Position numbers and translations under genes: made by a program. A stretch of 64,000 bases of DNA, from the NCBI GenBank assembly GCA_035249045.1, contig DATFGW010000104.1, positions 2,542-66,541 on the forward strand. The letters are read 5' to 3'. Below are positions 1 to 9,234 of this stretch, piece by piece. Source of the stretch: Gemmatimonadaceae bacterium (lineage in GTDB: Bacteria; Gemmatimonadota; Gemmatimonadetes; Gemmatimonadales; Gemmatimonadaceae). The notes beneath the pieces are model-generated. The model made no database searches, was not told the origin of the DNA, and worked only from the letters and a program-made list of their open reading frames with translations. The first letter of the stretch is position 1, and each line of letters starts with the position of its first letter.

Positions 1-927
1 AACAATTGCGCCGCCGCCCTGGTGCTTTCGCTCAACGCTCTCGCACAACGCAAGGAAGTGCTCGTCTCGCGGGGCGAGCTGGTGGAGATCGGCGGGAGTT
101 TCAGAATTCCCGAGATCATGGCCCGCAGCGGAGTGAAGCTGGTCGAAGTCGGGACCACCAACCGAACCCACGACGACGACTATCGCCGCGCGATCACGCC
201 AAAGACAGGCGCGATCGTCAAGGTGCATCGCAGCAACTTTGCGATCGAAGGCTTCACTTCACAGGTCAGTGTCGAGCGCCTCGCTTTCATCGCCGCCGAG
301 CACGGCCTGCCGGTAATCGACGATCTCGGGAGCGGCTTGATGCTCTCACTCGACCAATATGGACTTTCGGGCGAGCCGAGTGCCGCGGCGTCGATCGCTT
401 CCGGCGCGACCATCATTACCATGAGCGGCGACAAGCTGCTCGGTGGACCGCAGGCGGGAATCATTCTCGGGAAGTCCGCTGCGGTAGCGAAGCTGCGCAA
501 GAATCCCCTTGCGCGCGCGATGCGCGTCGACAAGCTGACGCTGTCCGCGCTCGAGGCGACCCTGCGACTGTATCTGGAACCCGAGCGGGCCCTTCGCGAG
601 ATACCGGTCCTGGCTATGCTCACCGAGAACGTCTCGCAGATTGAATCGCGCGCCCACGCAGTCGTGAAGATTCTCGAGGCGAGAGGCGTCCGAGCGGAAG
701 TGGTCGCGAGCGAAGCCAGTGTCGGCGGCGGCGCATTTCCGACGGCGACAATTCCCTCGGCCGCAGTCGCCCTCGCCGACGCCGCGCGTCAGGAAGAATC
801 GTTGCGCCGCGGCGATCCGGCGGTGATCGGACGCATCACCGACGGGCAGCTGCTGCTGGACCTCCGTAGCGTCCTTCCGCGCGAGGACGGAGAGCTCGCG
901 CAGGCAATCCTCAGGGCGCACGCGTGA
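1..927 (+). CDS. selA: L-seryl-tRNA(Sec) selenium transferase, 5'-truncated by the window edge
   Basis: Frame open from base 1 (NNCAAAL...). SelA motifs SRGELVEIGGSFRIP, EVGTTNRT, KVHRSNF, DLGSG and the PLP-lysine motif SGDKLLGGPQAG. Confidence 0.93.
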   Translation, partial: NNCAAALVLSLNALAQRKEVLVSRGELVEIGGSFRIPEIMARSGVKLVEVGTTNRTHDDDYRRAITPKTGAIVKVHRSNFAIEGFTSQVSVERLAFIAAEHGLPVIDDLGSGLMLSLDQYGLSGEPSAAASIASGATIITMSGDKLLGGPQAGIILGKSAAVAKLRKNPLARAMRVDKLTLSALEATLRLYLEPERALREIPVLAMLTENVSQIESRAHAVVKILEARGVRAEVVASEASVGGGAFPTATIPSAAVALADAARQEESLRRGDPAVIGRITDGQLLLDLRSVLPREDGELAQAILRAHA

Positions 928-1478
928 CGCCTCCACCCGACGCGGTCTTCCTCGACCGCGACGGCACCGTGATGGAGGACGCGCATTACATCAAGTCGCC
1001 CTCGCAGGTGAGCCTGCTTCCGGGAGCGGCGGCGGCGGTGAAAAAGCTCAACGACGCCGGCGTGAAAGTCATCGTCGTGACCAACCAGTCGGGCATTGCG
1101 CGGGGGCTGTTCACCGTCGAGGACTACGAGAAGGTCCGGAAGCAGTTCGAGACCCTCCTCGCGCAGGAAGGCGCTCGCATCGACGCCAGTTATTTCTGCC
1201 CGCACTATCCAGACGCGACAGGTCCGTGCGACTGCCGCAAGCCCGGCACGAAGATGTTCGAGGACGCCATTCGCGATTGGAAGATCGATCCATCGAGGGC
1301 CGCCTACATCGGCGATCGCTGGCGGGATGTCGCCGCCTCGAGAAAGCTGGGAGGCCGTGGCATCCTCGTCCCATCGCCAATCACCACGGCCGAGGACCGG
1401 CGCCTTACCGGCGAAGCAGGGATCGAGACCGCACCCACACTCCGCGACGCCGTTGAAGCGCTGCTGCGGGCTTACTGA
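924..1478 (+). CDS. gmhB: HAD-IIIA phosphatase, GmhB/histidinol-phosphatase family
   Basis: FLDRDGT, VTNQSGIARG, CPHYP...CDCRKP, IGDRWRD motifs; GTGA overlap with the selA stop. Confidence 0.8.
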   Translation: MTPPPDAVFLDRDGTVMEDAHYIKSPSQVSLLPGAAAAVKKLNDAGVKVIVVTNQSGIARGLFTVEDYEKVRKQFETLLAQEGARIDASYFCPHYPDATGPCDCRKPGTKMFEDAIRDWKIDPSRAAYIGDRWRDVAASRKLGGRGILVPSPITTAEDRRLTGEAGIETAPTLRDAVEALLRAY

Positions 1479-1500
1479 GGGCGGCACCTCGCCGTAAAAT
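1472..1500 (+). promoter_or_regulatory. Putative sigma70 promoter of purN
   Basis: TTACTG-N17-TAAAAT ending 5 nt before the ATG at 1506. Confidence 0.4.
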
Positions 1501-1505
1501 CGGGG

Positions 1506-2105
1506 ATGACATCACGACTCGCCGTGCTCGCCTCGGGACGCGGCTCCAATCTCCAGGCGATCATCGAGCATTTCGACAATCTCGCCCGCGAGCGGATCGC
1601 GAAGGTTGTGTTGGTCGCGTCCAATCGCGCCGATTCTCCGGCGTTGGTTCGGGCTGCCACGGCGTCGATCGACATCGCCAGCTTCGACGCTGCCGACGAT
1701 GGCTCGGCGCTGCTGGAGCTGCTGCGCAAATTCCGCGTCGATCTCGTTGTGCTGGCCGGCTACCTGAAGCGGATTCCGCCGGCGGTGGTCCGCGAGTACT
1801 CCGGCCGGATCATCAACATCCATCCCGCGCTCTTGCCGGCTTTTGGCGGCGGAGGCATGTATGGTGCGCGGGTCCACGAAGCCGTGATCGCATCGGGCGC
1901 CGAAGAATCGGGAGTCACCGTTCACCTCGTCGACGACGACTACGACCGCGGCCCGATAGTGGCCCGGTGGCGGGTTCCGGTGGAGAGATCCGACACCGCC
2001 GAGTCACTCGCGGCTCGCGTGCTCACCGTCGAGCACATTGTTTACCCAAGGGTCATTGAGATGGTGGCCATCCTGCAACAACTCGAAGCGAAAACGACTG
2101 CTTGA
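1506..2105 (+). CDS. purN: Phosphoribosylglycinamide formyltransferase
   Basis: ASGRGSNLQA, LAGY, INIHPALLP, GVTVHLVD..YDRGPI motifs; adjacent to purH. Confidence 0.95.
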   Translation: MTSRLAVLASGRGSNLQAIIEHFDNLARERIAKVVLVASNRADSPALVRAATASIDIASFDAADDGSALLELLRKFRVDLVVLAGYLKRIPPAVVREYSGRIINIHPALLPAFGGGGMYGARVHEAVIASGAEESGVTVHLVDDDYDRGPIVARWRVPVERSDTAESLAARVLTVEHIVYPRVIEMVAILQQLEAKTTA

Positions 2106-2106
2106 T

Positions 2107-3642
2107 ATGCCAACCGCTTTACTATCGGTTTCCGACAAAACTGGACTCATCGACTTCGCGAAAGGTCTTGCCGGCCTCGGCTGGGATCTGATCTCGACTG
2201 GTGGCACCGCAAAGGCGTTGCGTGCCGCGGGAATCAAGGTGCGCGACGTCAGCGATGTCACCGGCTTTCCCGAGATGCTGGATGGCCGTGTAAAGACTCT
2301 GCACCCCACCGTTCATGGCGGCCTGCTCGCCAGGAGGGATGTGCCCGAGCACGTGCAGGCGCTCGCAGAGCACCGCATCGCCCCAATCGACCTCGTCGCC
2401 GTCAATCTCTACCCGTTCGAGGAAACCGCGGCGCGCGCCGGGGCCACGCCGGAGGAGATCGTCGAACAGATCGATATCGGTGGACCCTCGATGCTCCGCT
2501 CGGCGGCCAAGAATTACGAGTCGGTGACGGTCGTGGTCGATCCGTCCGACTATCCCAGGGTACTGGCGGCGCTCGATGCCCAGGACAACGATCTCGACCT
2601 GCGGCGATTGCTGGCGGAGAAGGTATTCGCGCGCACTGCCGCGTATGATGCGGCAATCGCGCACTGGTTTGGGTGCGAACGCGCCGAGATTTTCCCGGAG
2701 CGAGTCAGCGTTCCGCTCCAGAAAGAAACCGGACTGCGCTACGGCGAGAATCCGGGTCAGCGCGCCGCCTTCTACGTCGAGCGCAGGGGCGATGGCATCG
2801 CGGCGCTCCAACAGAAGGGCGGCAAGGAGCTCTCGTTCAACAACCTGCTCGACCTCGAGGGCGCGCTGCTCGCGACCGATCCGTTCGAGGGCGAGACGTG
2901 CTGCGCGATCGTGAAGCACACCACCCCCTGCGGCCTCGCGACGGGCGACAGCGCTCTCGATGCATACAGGAAAGCGTTGGCGTGCGATCCCGTTTCGGCG
3001 TTCGGCTCGGTCATCTCTCTTACGGTCCCCGTCGACGACGACACGGCAGAGGCGGTGTCGAGTCTGTTCGTCGAGTGCATCGTTGCGCCGGAGTTCACCG
3101 CGGGCGCCCTGGAGATTCTCGGACGGAAGAAAAATCTTCGCGTGCTCGAAGGCCGCGCGCGCTGGCGCGACCACGCACTCGACTACAAACGCGTTCGTGG
3201 TGGTTTCCTCGCTCAGGAGCGCGCCGCGCGCGACGCCGGGACCGAGGCAGAGTGGCGTGTAGTGACGAAGCGGCAGCCAACCGACGCGGAATGGGTGAAT
3301 CTTCGCTTTGCGTGGCGCGCTGTTGGAAGCGTCAAGTCCAACGCCATCGTGCTGTGCCGCGACGGTGCGACCATCGGTATCGGCGCCGGCCAGATGTCGC
3401 GGGTCGACGCCGCGTTCCTGTCGGTTCACAAGGCGCGACAGGTGGGGCACGATACCAAAGGCTCGGTGATGGGCTCGGACGCATTCTTTCCATTCCGCGA
3501 CGGAGTCGAGCAAGCGGCGGAAGCCGGCGTTACCGCGATCGTCCAGCCAGGGGGATCGGTGCGCGACGAAGAAGTCATTCAGGCGGCGGACGAGCACGAC
3601 ATCGCAATGGTATTTACCGGCAAGCGTCAGTTCCGACACTAG
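2107..3642 (+). CDS. purH: Bifunctional AICAR transformylase/IMP cyclohydrolase
   Basis: [56 protein letters not shown]. Start placed at ATG 2107. Confidence 0.96.
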   Translation: MPTALLSVSDKTGLIDFAKGLAGLGWDLISTGGTAKALRAAGIKVRDVSDVTGFPEMLDGRVKTLHPTVHGGLLARRDVPEHVQALAEHRIAPIDLVAVNLYPFEETAARAGATPEEIVEQIDIGGPSMLRSAAKNYESVTVVVDPSDYPRVLAALDAQDNDLDLRRLLAEKVFARTAAYDAAIAHWFGCERAEIFPERVSVPLQKETGLRYGENPGQRAAFYVERRGDGIAALQQKGGKELSFNNLLDLEGALLATDPFEGETCCAIVKHTTPCGLATGDSALDAYRKALACDPVSAFGSVISLTVPVDDDTAEAVSSLFVECIVAPEFTAGALEILGRKKNLRVLEGRARWRDHALDYKRVRGGFLAQERAARDAGTEAEWRVVTKRQPTDAEWVNLRFAWRAVGSVKSNAIVLCRDGATIGIGAGQMSRVDAAFLSVHKARQVGHDTKGSVMGSDAFFPFRDGVEQAAEAGVTAIVQPGGSVRDEEVIQAADEHDIAMVFTGKRQFRH

Positions 3643-5880
3643 ATGACGGCGACAGCCGGCGCGATTCCCGACCACCGGCCGTCGTACCGCGCGGCGTCCA
3701 TCGCCGCGGCGCTGGTGTTCGTCCTGTATCTGCTGACGCTTGCACCATCGACGGCGATGTGGGACACCAGCGAGTACATCGCCGCCGCGTACACACTCGG
3801 ACTTCCGCATCCACCCGGTAATCCGTTCTTCGTCCTGATCGGACGCGTGTTCTCGGTTCTGCCGATCGCGCCAAACGTCGCGATGCGGATCAACATCCTC
3901 GCCGCGCTGTGCAGCGCCGCCGCAGCGGGCATGTGGTTTCTGGTGACCGAGCGGGTGCTGGTTGGATGGCTGGCGGAGCGGTGGCAGCGTGTCGTCGGTG
4001 GGGCAATCGCCGCTCTGATCGGAGCGACTGCGTTCACGGTCTGGTCGCAATCGGTCGTCAACGAGAAGGTGTACACCATCTCGCTTCTCGGACTGGCGCT
4101 GGTCTCGTGGCTCACCGTGCGCTGGTGCGACGATCCCGACGGCGCCAGGGCAGACCGCCTGCTGGTGATGATCGCGTACCTGAGCGGGCTCGGTTACGCG
4201 AACCACATGGCCGGATTTCTCGCGGCGCCGGCAGTGGCCGTCGCGATCGCGGTGCGGCGCCCGCGTACGCTGCTGCGGTGGCAGCTGCTGCTCGCCTGCG
4301 CCGGGGCGCTAGCGCTCGGGATGTCGCCGTTTCTGATTCAGCCGCTCCGTGCCGCGCACTTCCCCGCCATCAACGAGGGTGAGCCGACGGGATGCACCAG
4401 CGAGATCGGAGTCGGTTGCACCTTCAGCAAGGCGACCTACGATCGGTTCATGTACAACTTCAACCGCCAGCAGTACCAGAAGCCGAGTTTAACGACACGC
4501 CAGGCGACGTTCGCCGCGCAGATCGAGATGTGGTGGCTGTACTTCCGCTGGCAGTGGCTGCGCGATCCGTTCGATTCCCGTCCCGGATTGCAGAGCGCCC
4601 TGGCTACGCTCTTCCTCCTGCTGGGCGGACTGGGTGGCTACGTCCACTGGAAGCGCGACCGCCGGTCCTTCTCGTATTTCGGGCCGTTGATGTTCATGGT
4701 GACGCTGGCGCTCATCTACTACATGAATTTCAAGTATGGCTGGTCGCAGTCGCCCGAGCTCGGGGACTCAGTGCCACGCGAAGTGCGCGATCGTGACTAC
4801 TTCTATTTATGGAGCTTCTCGGCGTGGAGCGTCTGGGCGGCGCTCGGATTGGTATTCGTCTGGGAAACCGTCGCCGCTCTGATTGCTGCCGAGAGAATGG
4901 AAGTTGGCAGTGACAGCGTGTTGCTGCCGAAGCGGCGCGGGTGGATGCTCGCGAGTCCCGTTCTCGCCCTGGCGCTTATCCCGCTATTCGCCAACTGGAC
5001 GTCAGCATCGCGCGCCGGACAGACCGACACCGCCGACTTCGCGTATGATCTGCTCAATTCGGTAGAGCCTTACGGTGTGCTCGTCACGGCCGGTGACAAC
5101 GACACGTTTCCCCTGTGGTACGCGCAGGAAGTCGAAGGCGTGCGCCGCGATGTAATTGTCGCGTGTCTGTCGCTCCTGAACACCGACTGGTACACCCGGC
5201 AGCTCCTGCGGCGTCCGGTGTACGAGTACGACTCGCTGCACGGCCCAGTAGCCTACCGCGGAAAAGTCTGGAAGAAGCCGGTCGGTCCGCCGCTCAACCT
5301 GACGATCGACCAGGCCGATGCGGTTCCGTCGGTGGTCGAGTTCTCTTCGCCGCAGACTTTTCAGAAGGACGGTACCGACATTCTGGTCAACGTCAACCCA
5401 CGGCCCTTCGAAGGTTTCCAGGGCCTGGAGCGCGCCGATCTGTTCGTGTTGTACATGATCCGCGACGGCTATCCCGAGCGGCCGGTTTTCTTCAGCCGCA
5501 CCACCGGCGGATATCCCGAAGACCTGAGCCTCGCTCCGTTTACCGTGACGACAGGATTGGCGCGCAAGCTCGTGCCAGGCGTTCCCAAGGCGGGTGGAGC
5601 GATCGCCGCGATTCCGGGGGAGGGCTTCGTCGATGTCGAAACAACCAGCTCGTTATGGGAAAACACTTTCAGAGCGCCGAAATCGATCGCCAGCCGAACT
5701 CTCTGGGTCGATCGCCCATCGGTCGGCATTCCATTTCTGTACATTCGAACCGGTCTCGGTCTCACCGCCGCGCTGGCGCAGCGCGGCCAGGACGACGAGG
5801 CTGCGAGAATCTCCGCGCAAACGTCTAAACTCGCGCGCGCTACTCAGCTCGAGAGCCTGCTTCCGAGCGCCGGGCGTTAG
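3643..5880 (+). CDS. DUF2723 polytopic membrane protein (GT-C-type, TMEM260-like glycosyltransferase)
   Basis: N-terminal WDTSEYI...LGLPHPPGNP, multiple TM segments, REVRDRDYF, GDNDTFPLWYAQEVEG, LSLLNTDWY. Confidence 0.8.
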   Translation: MTATAGAIPDHRPSYRAASIAAALVFVLYLLTLAPSTAMWDTSEYIAAAYTLGLPHPPGNPFFVLIGRVFSVLPIAPNVAMRINILAALCSAAAAGMWFLVTERVLVGWLAERWQRVVGGAIAALIGATAFTVWSQSVVNEKVYTISLLGLALVSWLTVRWCDDPDGARADRLLVMIAYLSGLGYANHMAGFLAAPAVAVAIAVRRPRTLLRWQLLLACAGALALGMSPFLIQPLRAAHFPAINEGEPTGCTSEIGVGCTFSKATYDRFMYNFNRQQYQKPSLTTRQATFAAQIEMWWLYFRWQWLRDPFDSRPGLQSALATLFLLLGGLGGYVHWKRDRRSFSYFGPLMFMVTLALIYYMNFKYGWSQSPELGDSVPREVRDRDYFYLWSFSAWSVWAALGLVFVWETVAALIAAERMEVGSDSVLLPKRRGWMLASPVLALALIPLFANWTSASRAGQTDTADFAYDLLNSVEPYGVLVTAGDNDTFPLWYAQEVEGVRRDVIVACLSLLNTDWYTRQLLRRPVYEYDSLHGPVAYRGKVWKKPVGPPLNLTIDQADAVPSVVEFSSPQTFQKDGTDILVNVNPRPFEGFQGLERADLFVLYMIRDGYPERPVFFSRTTGGYPEDLSLAPFTVTTGLARKLVPGVPKAGGAIAAIPGEGFVDVETTSSLWENTFRAPKSIASRTLWVDRPSVGIPFLYIRTGLGLTAALAQRGQDDEAARISAQTSKLARATQLESLLPSAGR

Positions 5881-5939
5881 CGGCGCCGGACCGTTCGCGA
5901 CGTTATCGCGCCAGACAAAAATGTTATCTTGAGAATGCT

Positions 5940-6022
5940 GGAGGGTTGGCAGAATGGCTATTGCACCAGTCTTGAAAACTGGCGCCCGCAAGGGCTTGGG
6001 GGTTCGAGTCCCTCACCCTCCG
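5940..6022 (+). tRNA. tRNA-Ser (anticodon TGA)
   Basis: Acceptor stem GGAGGGT/ACCCTCC with G discriminator, anticodon arm CCAGT-CTTGAAA-ACTGG, long variable arm, GGTTCGAGTCC T-arm. Confidence 0.95.
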
Positions 6023-6040
6023 TCAAAACTCGACCAAAGC

Positions 6041-6075
6041 AAAACGCCACCGCTGTTGCCGGTGGCGTTTTTTTT
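6041..6075 (+). terminator. Intrinsic terminator, probably bidirectional
   Basis: AAAACGCCACCG-loop-CGGTGGCGTTTTTTTT between the tRNA and the convergent M48 gene. Confidence 0.85.
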
Positions 6076-6092
6076 GTTGGGAGAGATTGGCG

Positions 6093-6899
6093 CTACTGGC
6101 CCTGCACCTTCGGCGCCGGTCCGAGCTGCGCGAGCCGTGCTTTCATCGTCGAAAACCCCGAGTCATTGGTCGCGAGGCCATTCAGAGTAGAAGCCGGCGT
6201 CTGGTTCAGCATCCGTTGAATGTCCGCGATGCGATCCGACGTTCCCGGGTGATCGGAGAACCAGGCCGACACGTTGCCACCGCCCGACTGCTGCTCTTCG
6301 GCGAGAAGCTTCTGGAATAAAGTCAGCATTCCGCGCGGATTGATGCCCGCCCTGATGAGGTTGTTGAACCCGCCTTCATCGGCCTGGACCTCGTCCTGCC
6401 GGCTGAATTTGGCGAACACAGCAGTGCCGCCGATGTTGATCGCTGCCTGCGCCACGCCGCTTTGGCAGACTCCGGTCAGCGCGCAGAGAATACCGACGCC
6501 GACGTTTGCGCCCTGCGCCTGCTCCATCTGCTTCACCGAGTGGCGCCTCACGACGTGCTCGATCTCGTGGCCGAGCACACCGGCGATCTCGGACATGTTG
6601 CTGGCGCGAGCGAGCACGCCGCGATTCACATAAACGAAACCGCCCGGAAGTGCGAAGGCGTTAACGACATCCGAGTTGACGACCTGGAACTGCCAATTCA
6701 GGTCGGCGCGCGACGTCCGGCTTGCGATTCTCTGCCCCAACGCATTCACGTAATTCTGGATATAGGCGTCCTGGACCATCGGCAGCTGCGCGTTGACCTG
6801 CTGCGCGGCGTCCTGACCCATTTGCACTTCCTGCTGGGTGGACACGCCACAGCCGGCGAGCAATGCCGCGGCGGCAATAGTGAGTGAGACTTTCAGCAT
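6093..6899 (-). CDS. M48 family zinc metalloprotease, lipoprotein
   Basis: Lipobox LLAGC, VNAFALPGG, GHEIEH (HEXXH), FSRQDEVQAD, SDHP. Start MLKVSL follows an AGGA RBS. Confidence 0.88.
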   Translation of the reverse strand: MLKVSLTIAAAALLAGCGVSTQQEVQMGQDAAQQVNAQLPMVQDAYIQNYVNALGQRIASRTSRADLNWQFQVVNSDVVNAFALPGGFVYVNRGVLARASNMSEIAGVLGHEIEHVVRRHSVKQMEQAQGANVGVGILCALTGVCQSGVAQAAINIGGTAVFAKFSRQDEVQADEGGFNNLIRAGINPRGMLTLFQKLLAEEQQSGGGNVSAWFSDHPGTSDRIADIQRMLNQTPASTLNGLATNDSGFSTMKARLAQLGPAPKVQGQ

Positions 6900-6962
6900 T
6901 TCCTGCCCCCAAGAAGGTTGGCGATTTGCGGCAACCGCATGGGTTCCGCGCCCTTCTGCAAA

Positions 6963-6978
6963 AGCAGAAAGCAAGCCA
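6963..6978 (-). promoter_or_regulatory. Candidate sigma54 promoter for the M48 protease gene
   Basis: Minus-strand TGGCTT-GCTTT-CTGCT (GG-N10-GC). Confidence 0.35.
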
Positions 6979-7049
6979 TTGCGCGCTCGCGACGGGGGGT
7001 ACATCTGCTTACTTTGCGGTCGCGGCTCTACCATCGCTCGAGGAGCACA

Positions 7050-7229
7050 ATGGCGGACTTCACCAAGGAATGGATCGAGCACCTCAAGACCCAAATCGCC
7101 GGCAGGATGAACATCGTCGCCGACAAGATGGATCCCCAGGCCTACGACGAGCTGATCACCGATCTGGCGTGGTTTACTTTCCGCTTCGCGCGCGACCCGG
7201 ACACCAAAATGAGGAAAGTCTTTCGCTGA
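7050..7229 (+). CDS. Small hypothetical protein (59 aa)
   Basis: GAGGAG RBS then ATG; MADFTKEWIEHLK...; codon usage looks coding-like. Confidence 0.6.
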   Translation: MADFTKEWIEHLKTQIAGRMNIVADKMDPQAYDELITDLAWFTFRFARDPDTKMRKVFR

Positions 7230-7291
7230 GTCGGTCGGCGCAGCGGCATTAGATTCGCCGTAGACAGATCCGAACCTACCCGGGGTCACTG

Positions 7292-7525
7292 ATGGCGAAA
7301 TGCGAAGTGTGCGGGAACGACTACGACAAATCGTTTACCGTCACCATGACGGGCAAGGCCCACACATTTGACTCATTCGAGTGCGCCATCCACGCTCTGG
7401 CGCCGAAATGCGCGCACTGCGGTTGCAAGATCATCGGCCACGGTCTGGAGAGCAAAGGCACCTTCTATTGTTGCGCAAGCTGCGCCCAGCAATCGGGCGT
7501 CAAGGGCTTCGAGGACCGCATCTAG
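7292..7525 (+). CDS. Cys/His-rich small metal-binding protein (prokaryotic metallothionein-like)
   Basis: 77 aa with 9 Cys and 4 His: CEVCGN, FDSFECAIH, CAHCGC, CCASC. Confidence 0.75.
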   Translation: MAKCEVCGNDYDKSFTVTMTGKAHTFDSFECAIHALAPKCAHCGCKIIGHGLESKGTFYCCASCAQQSGVKGFEDRI

Positions 7526-7546
7526 CACAGCAATGAGGATTACCGC

Positions 7547-7777
7547 GTGAAGTGGAAGAGCAGACGTGATCGGGATGGCAAAATCGGCGACGAGCGCGTT
7601 CGCACGAAGTTCGCCTGGACGCCCGTGGAGGCCGACGATGGCTACACTTACTGGCTGACGTCGGTCGTCGTCCGCGAGCAGCTGCTGCCGAAAGTCTCGC
7701 GCGGTGGATTCGAGGACGACGAGCAGGAGTGGGAAGTAGTCGAGGCGAAGCCGGTAAACGGCAAGAGCCGGAAGTAG
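7547..7777 (+). CDS. Small hypothetical protein (76 aa)
   Basis: GAGG RBS and GTG start; fills the gap before pxpA. Confidence 0.55.
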   Translation: MKWKSRRDRDGKIGDERVRTKFAWTPVEADDGYTYWLTSVVVREQLLPKVSRGGFEDDEQEWEVVEAKPVNGKSRK

Positions 7778-7792
7778 TAAAGCACCGACGGA

Positions 7793-8557
7793 TTGCTCCT
7801 CACCATCGATCTCAACGCCGATCTCGGTGAGGGTTTCGGGACGGCCCGCGCTGCCGACGATCTCGAGCTCCTCGATCTCGTTTCGTCCGCGAACATCGCC
7901 TGCGGATTCCACGCCGGCGACGAGGTCACCATGCGCGACACCGTGCGGGCGGCACGCGAACGCGGGGTATCGATCGGCGCTCATCCATCATATCCCGACA
8001 TTCGCGGATTCGGACGGCGCGAGCTCGGTCTTTCTCCGCGCGAGATCGAGCACCACGTTAGCTACCAGCTGCACGTAATCTCGAATGTGTGCGCCGCACA
8101 GGATGCGAAACTCGTTTATGTCAAACCCCACGGCGCGCTCTACAACCGCGCCGCGTGGGATCCCAAAGCTGCGGAAGCCATCTGCCGCGCCATCGCCGCA
8201 GTTGACGGCTCCATGACGCTACTTGGACTTCCGTCCAGCGCGATGTCACGCGCGGCTGAGGATGCCGGTGTTCGCTTTGCCAACGAGGCATTCGTCGACC
8301 GCGCGTACACGCCCGACGGCCGGCTAGTGCCGCGCAGCGAGCCTGGCGCTGTCATTCACGATGTCCAGACCGCGGTGAGCCGATCGCTGATGCTCGTGCA
8401 CGAGGGAGTACTCGGCGCCAGCGATGGCACTGAGCTTCGAATCGCCGCGCAATCGCTTTGCGTGCACGGCGACAACATCGATGCCAGCGCAATACTGCGT
8501 CGGCTGCGCCGCAGTCTCGAGGAGTCGGGCGTGCGGATTGCACCGTTTGCCGCGTAG
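7793..8557 (+). CDS. pxpA: 5-oxoprolinase subunit A (LamB/YcsF family)
   Basis: IDLNADLGEGFG, SANIACGFHAGD, GAHPSYPD, VKPHGALYN, LCVHGD. Confidence 0.92.
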   Translation: MLLTIDLNADLGEGFGTARAADDLELLDLVSSANIACGFHAGDEVTMRDTVRAARERGVSIGAHPSYPDIRGFGRRELGLSPREIEHHVSYQLHVISNVCAAQDAKLVYVKPHGALYNRAAWDPKAAEAICRAIAAVDGSMTLLGLPSSAMSRAAEDAGVRFANEAFVDRAYTPDGRLVPRSEPGAVIHDVQTAVSRSLMLVHEGVLGASDGTELRIAAQSLCVHGDNIDASAILRRLRRSLEESGVRIAPFAA

Positions 8558-8580
8558 CTTCCGCCGACCAGCAATCCGAG

Positions 8581-9234
8581 ATGCCGTCAGTCATGCCCAG
8601 AGCGCACCCGCTCGGCGACTCCGCGATAACTATCTCCTTCGGCGACGAGCGCAGCCCCGCACTGCTGCGCCGCATTCATGCCGCGGCGCGGGCGATCCGA
8701 AGTGCGCGCATTCCCTTCGTCGAGGATGTAGTGCCCGCCTATCTCGCACTGTCGGTCTTCTACGACCCCCTGGCAGCGACGTACGAGGACGCGGCGAGGC
8801 TCGTCGTCGAGAAATGCGCCACCGCACCCTCGGAATCCGATGACCGCAAACCGCGTGAGCACATCATCCCTGTTCGCTACGATGGCCTCGATCTACCGGC
8901 GGTGGCGGAAGCTACTCGCCTGGACATCGACCAGGTCATTGCGCTCCACTCCGGCCGCGCCTACACCGTCGACATCCTGGGATTCGTTCCCGGCTTCGCC
9001 TACCTGAGCGAGCTCGATCCGGCGCTACAACTGCCGAGGCGCGCGCAGCCGCGCCCGCGAGTCGCGGCGGGAAGTGTCGCCATCGCTGCTGCGCAGACCG
9101 CAGTGTATCCGCTCGACACTCCCGGCGGATGGCACATCATCGGCGCGACCACCGAATTAATGTTCGACCCCCGACGCGAGCCGCCGGCGCTGTTGGCTCC
9201 CGGCGACGTCGTCCGGTTTGAACCGCTAAAGTGA
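8581..9234 (+). CDS. pxpB: 5-oxoprolinase subunit B (KipI/allophanate hydrolase subunit 1 family)
   Basis: PLGDSA, GFVPGFAYL, GSVAIA, TPGGWHIIG, PGDVVRF. Start may be 8581 or 8593. Confidence 0.88.
   Translation: MPSVMPRAHPLGDSAITISFGDERSPALLRRIHAAARAIRSARIPFVEDVVPAYLALSVFYDPLAATYEDAARLVVEKCATAPSESDDRKPREHIIPVRYDGLDLPAVAEATRLDIDQVIALHSGRAYTVDILGFVPGFAYLSELDPALQLPRRAQPRPRVAAGSVAIAAAQTAVYPLDTPGGWHIIGATTELMFDPRREPPALLAPGDVVRFEPLK

Noticed and set aside
2122-4206. Long antisense or alternative-frame ORFs (for example 2122-4206 minus, 36570-38168 plus, 53492-54766 minus)
   Set aside because: They overlap well-supported genes and show no family motifs; such shadow ORFs are expected in GC-rich DNA.
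5940-6022. tRNA-Sec (selC), suggested by nearby selA and a TGA triplet
   Set aside because: The anticodon is TGA (reads UCA, Ser), not TCA, and the acceptor stem is a normal 7 bp.
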